Assembly (NCBI GenBank): GCA_001817065.1
Contig: MHHQ01000016.1
Location: 1-54,382 of the forward strand
Length of the DNA: 54,382 nt
Source of the DNA: Candidatus Andersenbacteria bacterium RIFCSPHIGHO2_02_FULL_46_16
GTDB lineage: Bacteria > Patescibacteriota > Andersenbacteria > UBA10190
Direction of reading: 5' to 3'
Shown: positions 18,626 to 29,273 of the stretch, in pieces
How positions within the stretch are numbered: position 1 is the first letter of the stretch
Layout of the letters: each line of letters opens with the position of its first letter
Translations under genes and position numbers: made by a program
Notes under the pieces: model-generated
What the model was told of the DNA's origin: nothing
What the model saw: only the letters and a program-made list of their open reading frames with translations
The model's database searches: none

Positions 18626-19639
18626 ATGAGCAGCAAACATTCTTGGTTGATAATAATGTGCAGTCTAGGTTTGTTTGTTTTGGCGCTGATTGATAATAAT
18701 CCTGCACAATTGAGTTTGATGACTGCTTTGTCGGCAACGATTTTATTTTTTGATAGTAAGGGCAGGCATATATTGGGATGGGCGTTTGTTTTGATAATAT
18801 GCGTTTTCTCCCAATGGGGTATTGGCCAATTTATTTTGCAACAAGATTTAGGTCTGCGACTGATCGGTGAATCAATTCTGGGCAGCTCAATTAATGGAGT
18901 GGCAAAATTTGGCAACGGTATCGTGCGTGGCTATGGACCCTTCGAGCATGCCAATATATTTGGTGGAATTTGTTTGTTAGCTTTGATTGTGGTGGAGCCT
19001 TTACTCACATATTCCCGCAACACATTAATTAGGAATGTGATAATTTTTACTTTAGGGTTAGGAGTTTTTGTCTCTTTTTCAAGAGCAGCTATTCTTGGAT
19101 GGTTTGTATTAGCTCTAGTGGTAGGAATTTTATATAGAGGAAGACGGCACGCGCGAACGATGGGCATTATTATATTGTTATTCATGATTGTTCTATGGCC
19201 ATTGTTATTACAACGGTTAAACGACAGTCGCGATGTGGCTGTAAGTGAAAGGATAAGAGGTTATTTATGGAGTGCGGAAATAATGAAAACTCACAGCGCT
19301 TGGTATGGTCTTGGGTTATACAACTACAAAATGGAACTTAGAAATTATTTGAATGATCAGGCGATTAGTTATCATCCGTGGGAAATTGATTATGTGCATT
19401 CAGTTCCATTAATGGTTATGGCGCAGACAGGAATGCTTAGTGGCGGCATGCTTATTATCGCTATACTATTTTGGCTAGTAAAAATATTGCCAGGTCGTGC
19501 AGTGATAATGATGGGAAGTTTGTTACCAGTTCTTTCGCTGGACCATTTTTACATTACCCAGCCAGTGGCATTGATGTATTTAACTCTGGCCGTAATCATA
19601 TTAAGGTCTAAAAAAACGAATCAAATAAAATGTGTATAA
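18626..19639 (+). CDS. O-antigen ligase (Wzy_C)-like membrane protein
   Basis: RGYGPFEHANIFGG, SFSRAA, ER..W, GLG..NY and VHSVPL....QTG motifs. Confidence 0.8.
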   Translation: MSSKHSWLIIMCSLGLFVLALIDNNPAQLSLMTALSATILFFDSKGRHILGWAFVLIICVFSQWGIGQFILQQDLGLRLIGESILGSSINGVAKFGNGIVRGYGPFEHANIFGGICLLALIVVEPLLTYSRNTLIRNVIIFTLGLGVFVSFSRAAILGWFVLALVVGILYRGRRHARTMGIIILLFMIVLWPLLLQRLNDSRDVAVSERIRGYLWSAEIMKTHSAWYGLGLYNYKMELRNYLNDQAISYHPWEIDYVHSVPLMVMAQTGMLSGGMLIIAILFWLVKILPGRAVIMMGSLLPVLSLDHFYITQPVALMYLTLAVIILRSKKTNQIKCV

Positions 19640-19646
19640 TGTATCT

Positions 19647-22373
19647 ATGAGTGACTGGCATTTAAAGCAAGTAATGGAGATCGAGCGTGAATTGATGGTC
19701 GAAAAAGCGCGAGGTTTATCAGCCAAGGAAGCAAAAAATCGGCTGGATAAATATGGTGAGAACTTCATCCCATCAGATAAGCGTCGGTCATATATAGTAG
19801 TGTATCTAGACAGATTTAAGGACTTACTGGTGCTGGTCTTGCTACTTGGTGCATTGGCCTCGATCCTTTTAGGAAGGTATGGGGATGCTGTATTGATTAG
19901 TATCGTTATAGTAATAGACGCTACCCTTAGTTTCACGCAGGTGCTACGCACAGAAAATACATTAAGGAAACTTAGAGAGCAGTTGCAGCCAACGGCGATG
20001 GTACTGCGTAACGGGAAGTCGCAGCAAATAGATGCTAGCAAGCTAGTGCCAGGCGACATTATTGAGATCAGGGCAGGAGAACGAGTGCCGGCAGACGCCA
20101 GAATATTTACAGCGAGGAGCTTAAAAGTCCAGGAGGCTGCGCTGACCGGCGAGTCAGATGATAACGAGAAGAATGGGTTGGTACTTAATAAGAGAACTTC
20201 GGTTAGCAGCCGACGGAATATGTTGTACATGGGAACGTTAGTGACTGACGGATCAGGCGTGGCGATTGTGACCGCGACAGGGGTATCCAGTGAGATAGGT
20301 AAAATAGCCCAGGTACTCAAAGTGAGCAAATCGCCCCGATCGTTATTGAGCCGACAATTAAATCGGACTGGCCTGCAAATTGGCGTAGGGGTGATCGTGG
20401 CGATGATTGTGTTGGTTATGGCTGGGATATCAGTTGGTCAAGGTTGGCTGGAGACGACAGTGACGGCTATAACATTAATTGTTAGCGCCATACCAGAAGA
20501 TTTAACAATGATTTTGACCATTGCTTTGACTGTCGGGGTCGCTAAAATTTTGCGACACAAAGGCGTAGTACGAGAACTTAGCTCAGCGGAAACATTGGGT
20601 TCAGCCACGGTAATTTGCACAGACAAGACTGGTACCATTACTTATGGATACATGACAGCATTAAAAATCGATTTGTTAAACGGAAAGTCGATCGATAGCG
20701 GATCACACAGCAATAATCATTGGCATCGTTTGGCATTAACAGGGCTTGTTTTAGCTAATGATGCCCACAGAGCGGTGCAAGGCGGGGATCAAGCAAGCTA
20801 CGTCGGAACGGCGACAGAGAGAGCTGCCTTAGCATTTGCCGAGCTAGGCGGAATACGACAAACCGACACGCGTAGTTCGTGGCGGCAGCGGGATGACATA
20901 AGTTTTAATCGACAATGGAAATATCGAGCAACATTAAATGACCATCCCAGCCAATCGGTTCGTTACTTATTTGTTAACGGAGCACCAGAAACATTGTTGG
21001 CAAAATCCAGCCGTTGGATAACAGCCAGTGGCGATGAGGCAACGATAGAAGCAAAAGACAGGTTTGAATTAGAGCAGAGAATCGAAAACATGGCGGCTGC
21101 TGGCAAAAGGCTACTCGGCATCGCGGTGAAAAGAAATGTATTAGCAAAGGAAGTGGATCAGAGTGATGTCAGTGAGCTACTAATGCTGGGCGTGCTAGTG
21201 ATTGACGATCCAGTCAGGAAAGGCGTGACCGCAGTAATTAAACAAGCCAGGGGTGCAGGCATTAAAATCATATTGATCACTGGCGATCATTTTGAAACAG
21301 CAAAATCAGTGGCACGAGACGTAGGTATCATGGAGGCAGACGATATTTTATTAAGCAGCGATGATATACAGAAAATGACGGACGTGGAGCTGACAGACGT
21401 TTTGAATGATACAACAGTTATCGCGCGAGCAACCCCAATAGATAAGCAGCGGGTTATTAAGGCCTTACAAAGGCAGGGACATGTGGTGGCGATGACAGGC
21501 GATGGGATTAACGACGCAGTGGCCTTAAAGAGTGCTGATATCGGAGTGGCGATGGGAAGCGGAAAAGACATAGCCAAGGAAGCAGCCGATTTGGTTTTAC
21601 TAGATGACAAATTTGAGACGATTGTCGAAGCAATTCAAGAAGGACGAGTACTGCGAGATAATATTAAGAAAGTTTTAGCGTTTTTATTATCAACTAACGC
21701 AGCGGAAGTAGCGATATTTTTTGTCAGCTTAATGCTGGGGATGCCACTGCCGTTATTACCGGCACAAATTTTATGGGTAAATTTGGTGACAGATGGTACG
21801 GCAGATATAGCCTTGTCATTGGAACCTAAGGAGCGAGATATTATGAAACGAAAACCACTGGACCCCCAGGCTAAATTGCTGAACGGGGAGATGCTTTACC
21901 ATATAGTGGTGACCGGAGCGATTGTGACGGCAATGACCATGGGATTATATATTTACTTGTTGCAGGCCGGGCACCAAAACCTAACCTATGTCAGGACAAT
22001 GACGTTTACCCTTATTTCTTTTATCTCTCTATTGTCTGTGTGGAGTTTTCGGTCGCTGAAAGAGTCGATAAGGAGGAGGGGGTTGTGGGGAAACAAGTGG
22101 GTGATAGTTTCCTTGTTAGCATCAGCTGGTTTGCATTTGCTGGCCATCTACGTCCCCAGAATGCAAGAGATATTCAATACAGTGGCCTTAACCTTTCGCG
22201 ATTGGTATTTGATTGTCACGCTGTCTTTAATAGCCGTAGTGCTAATTGATCTAAGAAAAATTATACGAGATATAGTTAGCTGGTGGCGGCCAATGGATAG
22301 CGCGGCTATCAGAAGCGATGATTTGAATGAGGCGGGGATCAAGAAATGGGAAGAAGGACTAGTGGTGGAATGA
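19647..22373 (+). CDS. Cation-transporting P-type ATPase (type IIA-like)
   Basis: LTGES, DKTGT, TGD, GDGINDA, PAQILWVNLVTDG. Start placed at ATG 19647, just after TATAAT at 19635-19640. Confidence 0.95.
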   Translation: MSDWHLKQVMEIERELMVEKARGLSAKEAKNRLDKYGENFIPSDKRRSYIVVYLDRFKDLLVLVLLLGALASILLGRYGDAVLISIVIVIDATLSFTQVLRTENTLRKLREQLQPTAMVLRNGKSQQIDASKLVPGDIIEIRAGERVPADARIFTARSLKVQEAALTGESDDNEKNGLVLNKRTSVSSRRNMLYMGTLVTDGSGVAIVTATGVSSEIGKIAQVLKVSKSPRSLLSRQLNRTGLQIGVGVIVAMIVLVMAGISVGQGWLETTVTAITLIVSAIPEDLTMILTIALTVGVAKILRHKGVVRELSSAETLGSATVICTDKTGTITYGYMTALKIDLLNGKSIDSGSHSNNHWHRLALTGLVLANDAHRAVQGGDQASYVGTATERAALAFAELGGIRQTDTRSSWRQRDDISFNRQWKYRATLNDHPSQSVRYLFVNGAPETLLAKSSRWITASGDEATIEAKDRFELEQRIENMAAAGKRLLGIAVKRNVLAKEVDQSDVSELLMLGVLVIDDPVRKGVTAVIKQARGAGIKIILITGDHFETAKSVARDVGIMEADDILLSSDDIQKMTDVELTDVLNDTTVIARATPIDKQRVIKALQRQGHVVAMTGDGINDAVALKSADIGVAMGSGKDIAKEAADLVLLDDKFETIVEAIQEGRVLRDNIKKVLAFLLSTNAAEVAIFFVSLMLGMPLPLLPAQILWVNLVTDGTADIALSLEPKERDIMKRKPLDPQAKLLNGEMLYHIVVTGAIVTAMTMGLYIYLLQAGHQNLTYVRTMTFTLISFISLLSVWSFRSLKESIRRRGLWGNKWVIVSLLASAGLHLLAIYVPRMQEIFNTVALTFRDWYLIVTLSLIAVVLIDLRKIIRDIVSWWRPMDSAAIRSDDLNEAGIKKWEEGLVVE

Positions 22374-22759
22374 GTTTTTTCGGCTTTAAGACACGCCTGA
22401 AAAGCCAGCCAAGCAATGCCGGCAAATTAGGCGAGGAGAGGGCAAAAGATTACCTGCAAAACAAGGGGATGAAGCTGGTCGCGCGGAACTTCGGATGCCG
22501 ATGGGGTGAGCTGGATTTGATTATGAGAGACGATGAGACGTTGGTGATTGTGGAGGTGCGAGTGAGATCGTCGGCAGAGTACGGGTTGGCGCACGAGACA
22601 GTTAATCATAAAAAACAACTAAAGATAATAAAAGCGACAAAGTTTTATATTCAGCAGGAAAATTGGTGGGGTGATGTACGATTTGATGTGGTGGCGGTCG
22701 TGCCAACAGGGGAAGACAAATTTAGTATTGAGCACATTAAGGATGCATTTAGTGCATGA
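22370..22759 (+). CDS. yraN: YraN/UPF0102 family endonuclease-like protein
   Basis: GKLGEERA, RNF.CRWGELDLI, VEVRVR, RFDVVAV. Confidence 0.9.
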   Translation: MSFFGFKTRLKSQPSNAGKLGEERAKDYLQNKGMKLVARNFGCRWGELDLIMRDDETLVIVEVRVRSSAEYGLAHETVNHKKQLKIIKATKFYIQQENWWGDVRFDVVAVVPTGEDKFSIEHIKDAFSA

Positions 22760-22902
22760 GCTTCGCCAGGCTTCAAAAATTGATATCCGAGACCTCAAAC
22801 CGCGCTAGTCAGGCGCAGTGTTATGGCGTCTTTGCTGAGCTGTTCAGGTAAATGGTTCGTTGGATTGGTTATGATATTACAAAACATTTTTGGATATTTG
22901 GC

Positions 22903-22932
22903 TTGACAAAACAGGTATTATTTTTGTAAGAT
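22903..22932 (+). promoter_or_regulatory. sigma70-type promoter of nusA
   Basis: TTGACA (22903-08), 18-bp spacer, TAAGAT (22927-32). Confidence 0.6.
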
Positions 22933-22945
22933 AATGGCATCAGAT

Positions 22946-22970
22946 ACCGCGGCGAGACTCGCGGTTTTTT
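22946..22970 (+). terminator. Leader terminator/attenuator upstream of nusA
   Basis: ACCGCGG-cgagac-TCGCGGT followed by a T-run, located between promoter and ATG. Confidence 0.6.
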
Positions 22971-23011
22971 AACGAGTAATAAAATTTAATAACAATTAAA
23001 TAAGAAAAGTT

Positions 23012-24337
23012 ATGAGCGATGAACAAACAGTAAGCTTTGGCTCGGCAATCGATCAATTGGTGTCAGAAAAGGGAATCAGCCGAGAAAAAGTATTAGAGAC
23101 AATTGAGGCAGCCTTAGCAGCGGCTTACCGAAAAGACTATGGTGAAAAAGGCCAGGATATTAGGGCTGAGTTTAATGAGGTGGATGGCTCGGCTCACGTG
23201 TACAAAGTAATGACGGTGGTCGAAGAAGATGGAGTAGAGAATCCTGTGGCACAAATTACTCTGACTGAAGCCACGAAACAAGATAAAGAAGCGGAAGTGG
23301 GCAAGGAATACGTGGAAGATGTGACACCGGAAGACCCACATTACGGGCGAGTAGCAGCGCAAACAGCCAAGCAAGTTATTATTCAAAGAATTCGCGAGGC
23401 TGAACGGGAAGCGACCTTTGAGGAGTTTAAAGATAAAGAAGGAGAGATTATCTCCGGCATTGTTCAGCGAGTGGAGGGCGACACAGTATATGTTGATATT
23501 GGAAGAACCACTGGAGTCCTGCCATCAAGCGAACAAGTAAGAGGCGAGCGTTATCGCCCCAACCAACGCATTAGAGTTTTTGTCGTGCGAGTAGACGTGG
23601 CCAGCCGCGAACCGGAAATCGTTTTATCACGCAGCCATCCTGGCATGCTACGACGCTTGTTTGAGCTGGAAGTTCCAGAAATATTTGCCGGAAGCGTGGA
23701 CATTAAAGCGATTGCCCGCGAAGCATCAGAACGGTCAAAAGTGGCTGTTTGGGCGAAGGAAGAAGGTATTGATCCGGTGGGAGCTTGTATCGGTCAGCGT
23801 GGCACGCGCATCCAAACGATCATCGCCGAACTGTCAGGAGAAAAGATAGATATTATCCAGTGGGATGAAGACGCGGCACGCTATATTGCCAATGCTTTGT
23901 CGCCAGCTCGCGTGGTAGCAGTTGATGTGTACGAAAAAGAAAAACGAGCAGTAGCGCACGTGGAGGAACATCAGTTGAGCTTAGCGATTGGCAAGCGGGG
24001 TCAGAATGTCCGCTTGGCTGCCAAGCTCACTGGCTGGAGAATAGATATTGTGAAAGCCGGGGAGGAAGAACCGGTAGAGCTGGAAGCGATCACAGAGAAT
24101 GATGCCCCAAGCAATAATAAGGGAGAGGACGCAGAAAATAAGGAAGATAAGGAAGAGGTAGTCGCAGATGATAACAATGCGGAAAAAGTTGTGGTTGATA
24201 AGGAGCCAGCCGTCAGTGATGGTACAGAAACTGCGGCAACAGATACGGCAGAAATTTCTACGGAAAACGAGGAAGATATTGCCGGGGGAACAGGGACTAA
24301 GGAGTCAGTGTCCGAAGAAAAGAATAATCAAGAGTAA
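23012..24337 (+). CDS. nusA: Transcription termination/antitermination factor NusA, with acidic C-terminal tail
   Basis: GRVAAQTAKQVIIQRIREAER, ELEVPEI, GACIGQRGTRI, SLAIGKRGQNVRLAAKLTGWRIDI. Confidence 0.97.
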   Translation: MSDEQTVSFGSAIDQLVSEKGISREKVLETIEAALAAAYRKDYGEKGQDIRAEFNEVDGSAHVYKVMTVVEEDGVENPVAQITLTEATKQDKEAEVGKEYVEDVTPEDPHYGRVAAQTAKQVIIQRIREAEREATFEEFKDKEGEIISGIVQRVEGDTVYVDIGRTTGVLPSSEQVRGERYRPNQRIRVFVVRVDVASREPEIVLSRSHPGMLRRLFELEVPEIFAGSVDIKAIAREASERSKVAVWAKEEGIDPVGACIGQRGTRIQTIIAELSGEKIDIIQWDEDAARYIANALSPARVVAVDVYEKEKRAVAHVEEHQLSLAIGKRGQNVRLAAKLTGWRIDIVKAGEEEPVELEAITENDAPSNNKGEDAENKEDKEEVVADDNNAEKVVVDKEPAVSDGTETAATDTAEISTENEEDIAGGTGTKESVSEEKNNQE

Positions 24338-24407
24338 ATTATTCAATTGGTGAACTGGCGGCATAGAGCGTAGAGGTTGAAGGCTCGCGCCGCAAGTTAG
24401 AGAAAAT

Positions 24408-24438
24408 ACAACCCTGCCACTATAGCAGGGTTGTTTGG
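24408..24438 (+). terminator. Probable intrinsic terminator after nusA
   Basis: CAACCCTGC-cactata-GCAGGGTTG followed by TTT. Confidence 0.55.
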
Positions 24439-24686
24439 TTTTACAGGAAATATTTTAGGTGTCAGCGAGACAATTAAAACAGACGAGCAGGGAATAGATC
24501 TAAAGGGAAATGATGGTATAGAAGACCGGGTTAGACACAAGTTTTGGCTTTTATTGGCGGCGCCGTAAAAAACGATATTAATGGCCAGTATAAAATACGC
24601 GATTTTATAATAGTTCCGGTTGGTTTACAATAAAGAAATTATCGTGTATATTAATTCGTTATTTATTCCTTAGTGCATACAGTCAC

Positions 24687-26672
24687 ATGGTATATGAATA
24701 TTGGATCGGCGCGACAGCAGTAGTGGCTCTGGCGTTTGCGGGCTGGCGGGCGTGGGCGATATCGGCTCAAGCGGTGGAAGATGAGGAAGCTCGAAATATC
24801 GCACAAGCGATTAGAGAGGGTGCGATGGCTTTTTTAAACAGGGAATACCGGATTTTAGCAGTGGTGGTTGCAGGGGTGGCTTTATTAATGTGGGCAACCA
24901 GATTATTCACGGAGCAAGCGATCGCTTCGCCAATCATTATTTCATTTGTGGTTGGGGCAATATTTTCAGTAGTGACTGGTTATATCGGGATGCGCGTGGC
25001 CACCTTAGCTAACGTGAGGGCAGCAGAAGCGGCAAAAAAGGGTTTAGCGCAGGGATTGAAAGTGGCATTTGCCTCTGGTTCAGTGATGGGTTTGTCAGTA
25101 GTTAGCTTGGGTTTATTGGGTGTGGTAATACTATGGATGGTGTTCAAAGACCCTAACATGGTATATGGTTTTGGTTTTGGAGCATCGGCGGTAGCTTTGT
25201 TCGCCCGTGTAGGTGGAGGAATTTATACGAAAGCGGCTGACGTCGGCGCAGATTTAGTAGGTAAAGTGGAACAAGGAATCCCAGAAGATGATGCAAGAAA
25301 TCCCGCTGTGATTGCGGACAACGTGGGTGATAACGTGGGCGATGTGGCAGGAATGGGAGCAGACTTATTTGAGAGTTATGTAGATACTTTAATCGCCGCC
25401 ATGGCCCTGGGTTTGATAGCGCTGCCCACACACGGAACTTTCGGAGCGATTTATCCTTTGGGTATCGCAGCGTTGGGGATTATCGCTAGCGTGGTTGGGA
25501 TTATGTTAGTGCGAACAAACGATGAGCATAAGATACAGCAAGCCTTTACTCGCGGCGTGTTTGTGTCAGCTGGGTTGTTAATTCTGGGTGCCTGGAAGTG
25601 GACTGATTATCTGTTCGGAGGAGATCTGTCCTTTTTTTGGGCAGTAGTAACGGGACTAATAGCGGGAGTTTTGATCGGACTGGTAACAGAGTATTATACC
25701 AGCCATGAAAGATCACCCGTTCGCTGTGTAGCGGATGCAGCCCAGACTGGTCCGGCGACAAATATAATCAGCGGGCTGGCGCTTGGCATGTTTTCTACCG
25801 CCTTACCGATTGTAGTAGTAGTTGCGGCTATTTTAATCTCGTATAAACTGGCTGGTGTTTACGGAATCGCTATCGCTGCGGTGGGGATGCTATCTACTCT
25901 AGGTATGACCTTAGCGTCAGATACATATGGTCCAGTGGCCGATAATGCTGCTGGCATTGCGGAGATGGCCGGGATGGGAGTAGAGACACGGGAGCGCGCC
26001 GAAGCTTTGGATGCGGTGGGAAATACAACGGCGGCCATCGGCAAAGGTTTTGCGATTGGGTCAGCGGCTTTGACAGCTATCGCTTTAATGGTTAGCTACG
26101 TGACAGTGGCCAAGATAGACGTGGTAGATTTACTGCGACCAACGGTGATGTCCGGACTGTTTATTGGCGGTATGCTGCCTTTTTTGTTTTCGGCATTTTC
26201 GATGCAAGCAGTGGGCAAGTCGGCGATAAAGATGGTGGAAGAAGTGAGACGTCAATTCAAGGAGATTCCAGGAATTATGACCAGAAAGAATAAGCCGGAT
26301 TATAAAGCCTGCGTGGATATTTCAACTAAAGCAGCTTTAAGAGAGATGTTGATTCCGGGACTATTGGCGATTATTATACCGGTGGTAATTGGTTTTACAC
26401 TCGGTGCTGAGGCACTGGGAGGACTGCTGGCAGGCAGCATCGTGACGGGTTTTTTGCTGGCGGTGATGATGGCGAATTCCGGCGGAGCCTGGGACAATGC
26501 CAAGAAATATATTGAAGCAGGAAATCTGGGAGGCAAAGGTTCGGCGACACATAAAGCCGCTGTGGTGGGGGATACAGTGGGTGATCCGTTCAAGGACACG
26601 AGTGGCCCGGCGCTGAATATCTTGATCAAGTTGATGAGTATAGTTGCTTTAATCATCGCTCCTTTGTTATAG
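24687..26672 (+). CDS. hppA: Membrane-integral pyrophosphatase (K+-dependent, Na+- or H+-translocating)
   Basis: [35 protein letters not shown] (Ala at the K+-dependence site), [14 protein letters not shown]. Confidence 0.95.
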   Translation: MVYEYWIGATAVVALAFAGWRAWAISAQAVEDEEARNIAQAIREGAMAFLNREYRILAVVVAGVALLMWATRLFTEQAIASPIIISFVVGAIFSVVTGYIGMRVATLANVRAAEAAKKGLAQGLKVAFASGSVMGLSVVSLGLLGVVILWMVFKDPNMVYGFGFGASAVALFARVGGGIYTKAADVGADLVGKVEQGIPEDDARNPAVIADNVGDNVGDVAGMGADLFESYVDTLIAAMALGLIALPTHGTFGAIYPLGIAALGIIASVVGIMLVRTNDEHKIQQAFTRGVFVSAGLLILGAWKWTDYLFGGDLSFFWAVVTGLIAGVLIGLVTEYYTSHERSPVRCVADAAQTGPATNIISGLALGMFSTALPIVVVVAAILISYKLAGVYGIAIAAVGMLSTLGMTLASDTYGPVADNAAGIAEMAGMGVETRERAEALDAVGNTTAAIGKGFAIGSAALTAIALMVSYVTVAKIDVVDLLRPTVMSGLFIGGMLPFLFSAFSMQAVGKSAIKMVEEVRRQFKEIPGIMTRKNKPDYKACVDISTKAALREMLIPGLLAIIIPVVIGFTLGAEALGGLLAGSIVTGFLLAVMMANSGGAWDNAKKYIEAGNLGGKGSATHKAAVVGDTVGDPFKDTSGPALNILIKLMSIVALIIAPLL

Positions 26673-26682
26673 GGAGTCAGCC

Positions 26683-26990
26683 AATCCAAATAACAAAATC
26701 CAAATTTCAAATCAAGTTCAAATGATCAAATGCCAAAAGGCGGGATGGTAAGCTTGTTTTTCGGGTTGGGATTTTATGCGGTTTTGTGATTGAGTTTTTT
26801 ATGCAACGCAATAGTGCTAATTAATGTGGCTAATCTAAGATATATTCTGGCGGGTCCTGCCGCTCCTGCACCCCCAGACCGTGCTCGCTGACGCTCCGCG
26901 CGCTGCTGTCGGGGACCTTCGTCGCGTCACCCGCCGATAATTGATTAGCACTATTCGCATGCAACGTGATTTGATATTTGGATGGATTTA
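26683..26990. repeat. Degenerate heptamer (CAAAT-containing) tandem repeats with a complementary arm
   Basis: ATCCAAATAACAAAATCCAAATTTCAAATCAAGTTCAAATGATCAAAT... and a later TGATTTGATATTTGGA arm; same type as 32812-32982. Confidence 0.6.
26808..26958. mobile_element. MITE-E (~150 bp, 7-8 bp target duplication)
   Basis: TIR GC(G)AATAGTGCTAATYAAT at both ends; ATGCAAC(G) directly repeated at 26801 and 26959. Confidence 0.75.
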
Positions 26991-27026
26991 GTTTATGGTT
27001 TAACCTTGTATTATTAATAATTTTGT

Positions 27027-28331
27027 ATGGATGTAGAGATTAAACAAGATAAAGAGAAGTCGGAGGTTGAACTCAAGATTAGCGCATCGGCGGATGACTT
27101 TGCGCGGTATGTGAAAGATGCGGCCAAGAAATTATCCAAAGAGAAATCAATAAAAGGGTTTAGGCCAGGTAAAGCACCCATCGAGGTGGTGGAAGAGGTG
27201 TTTGGTCAGGGAAGATTATTAAACGAGGCTATGGATCGAGCGATACCACGATTTTTTGTCGAGGCTGTGCTTGATAATGGTATAGATGCGATAGCTAGGC
27301 CGAAAATTGCGGTGGGTGAAATCGGCCGGGACAAGGGGTTGAAATTTACTGCTACCGCGGCGGTATTGCCGGATGTCACCTTGGGAGACTTCAGTAGGAT
27401 TGAAGTGGAGAAACATTTCATTGAAGTGACCGATCAGGACGTGGACAAGGAGCTGGAGCGCCTGGCAAAAATGCGCAGCACGTATCTTGATGTAGCCAGA
27501 CCAGCCATTAAAGGCGACATGGTGATCATAGATTTTAAAATATCGATCGGGGGAGTGGCTTTGGAGGGAGGCCAGGGTAAGGATCAGATGGTGCATTTGG
27601 GCGAAGGGCATTTTGTGCCGGACTTTGAGGATAAATTAATCGGCATAGCCGCGGGTGAGGTACGTGAATTTAAGATAAATTTTCCGACAGATTACAAGAA
27701 GAATAATTTAGCCGGTAAACAAGCAGATGCTTGGGTACAAGCTAAAGTTGTGCAAAAGAGGGTATTGCCAGAAATTAATGACGCCTTTGCTAAACAACTG
27801 GGCAAATTCACGGATATTGGGGATCTTAAGAAACAATTAAAAGATAATTTCCAGCACGAGAAGACGCACCGCGAGGAAGAACGGCGACGCGGCGAGATGA
27901 CAGAAAAGTTGGTTGAGGGCGCAGCTTTTAGCGTAATTCATGATGTATTGATTGATAAGGAGATAGACCGCCTGTTAGAGGAATTTGAAGAGATGCTGGT
28001 CTGGCAGCAAAAAACAATTAAAGATTATTTGCAGGAAAAAGGTCGGACAATCGAACAAGTCCGAGACGAGATGAAACCTAACGCTTTGAAAAGCGTGAAG
28101 GTTGGGTTAGCGCTGCGGGCATTTGCCAAACAGGAAGAAATTACTGTGGATGAGAAGGAATTAGAGGAGAAGGCACAAGACTACCTGAAGCGGTTTGGTT
28201 CCAGTAAAGAGGCTGCTAAAAAAATTGATCCAGAGGAGCTGCGGGAGCACTTAACTTATATGATGCGCAACCAAAAGGCGATGGAACTGCTGGAAACAAA
28301 GGTGATAATCAAAGAAGTGAAGGGCGCGTGA
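27027..28331 (+). CDS. tig: Trigger factor
   Basis: Signature GFRPGKAP; FKBP domain (GDMVIIDF, FVPDFED, FPTDY). Confidence 0.95.
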   Translation: MDVEIKQDKEKSEVELKISASADDFARYVKDAAKKLSKEKSIKGFRPGKAPIEVVEEVFGQGRLLNEAMDRAIPRFFVEAVLDNGIDAIARPKIAVGEIGRDKGLKFTATAAVLPDVTLGDFSRIEVEKHFIEVTDQDVDKELERLAKMRSTYLDVARPAIKGDMVIIDFKISIGGVALEGGQGKDQMVHLGEGHFVPDFEDKLIGIAAGEVREFKINFPTDYKKNNLAGKQADAWVQAKVVQKRVLPEINDAFAKQLGKFTDIGDLKKQLKDNFQHEKTHREEERRRGEMTEKLVEGAAFSVIHDVLIDKEIDRLLEEFEEMLVWQQKTIKDYLQEKGRTIEQVRDEMKPNALKSVKVGLALRAFAKQEEITVDEKELEEKAQDYLKRFGSSKEAAKKIDPEELREHLTYMMRNQKAMELLETKVIIKEVKGA

Positions 28332-28376
28332 ACAGGACGCGTGACTTGCCGAGAAAAACGTAAGCAACCACTCAAA

Positions 28377-28919
28377 ATGCTAAAACTCGACGGTGATTTT
28401 CTAAAGGTCTATAAGTTCTGCCCGAAATGCGGCGGAACAATGAAGCCGAAAGAACAACGAGGGGAAGTAATGCCGACATGTACAAACCAGATATGCGGCT
28501 TTATTTTTTGGCAAAATTCCAATCCGTGTGTGGTGACCATTATACAAGATGCCCGCGGACTGGTACTGATGACAAAACGGGGGATTGAACCGGATAAGGG
28601 GAAATTAGATTTGCCCGGCGGATTTATGAAGCTGGGAGAGCATCCACTTGATGCAGCCCGCCGAGAAACGCGAGAAGAGTTAGGGGTAGAAGTCGAAATT
28701 ATTGATTTGGTGGGCGTGGAGATGGATAGCTACTTTTACCAAGAAATAAGTGAGGCGACCCTAGTGCTTGGTTTTACAGCAAGGATAGTCAAAGGGAGGC
28801 CATATCCAGCGGATCCGCACGAGATTACTAGTGTGGTATGGGTAGATCCTAATAACAGGCAGCATGATCTGGCTTTCACCAACAATGAAAAGTTTTTAAA
28901 GCGGTTACGGGATACCTGA
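28377..28919 (+). CDS. Nudix hydrolase with N-terminal zinc ribbon
   Basis: FCPKCG...CTNQICG; Nudix box LPGGFMKLGEHPLDAARRETREELG. Confidence 0.85.
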   Translation: MLKLDGDFLKVYKFCPKCGGTMKPKEQRGEVMPTCTNQICGFIFWQNSNPCVVTIIQDARGLVLMTKRGIEPDKGKLDLPGGFMKLGEHPLDAARRETREELGVEVEIIDLVGVEMDSYFYQEISEATLVLGFTARIVKGRPYPADPHEITSVVWVDPNNRQHDLAFTNNEKFLKRLRDT

Positions 28920-29088
28920 CTCTGCAGATATTGAACGGACTGGTTGAGATAGCGGTAATAACCTCGCATTGTTGATACTGGGGCGATAATAACGCTAGTT
29001 TTCATGGAAAAATTAATCCCGATAGGCCAGGGTGCAATTGGCCTTTGGGCACAAACGCTGATAATGATGCTAGGGGACCGTTCTTTGA

Positions 29089-29196
29089 GTAAACCCCCAC
29101 ACCCTGGCCTAAAGGCCAGGGCTTTTCAGCGGAGATAATATAAAAACCATTCATCACCGGCCTTAAAGGCCGGCGCTTTCTGGGTGTGGGGGTAAA
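29089..29196 (+). mobile_element. Element B copy 2
   Basis: Near-identical to 10209..10316. Confidence 0.85.
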
Positions 29197-29273
29197 CTCT
29201 TAGCGACGAAGGGTGGGATTGTTGTATAGTAAGAGAGGAGAAAAGTTAATTTCATTTGATAAATTCTATTTAT

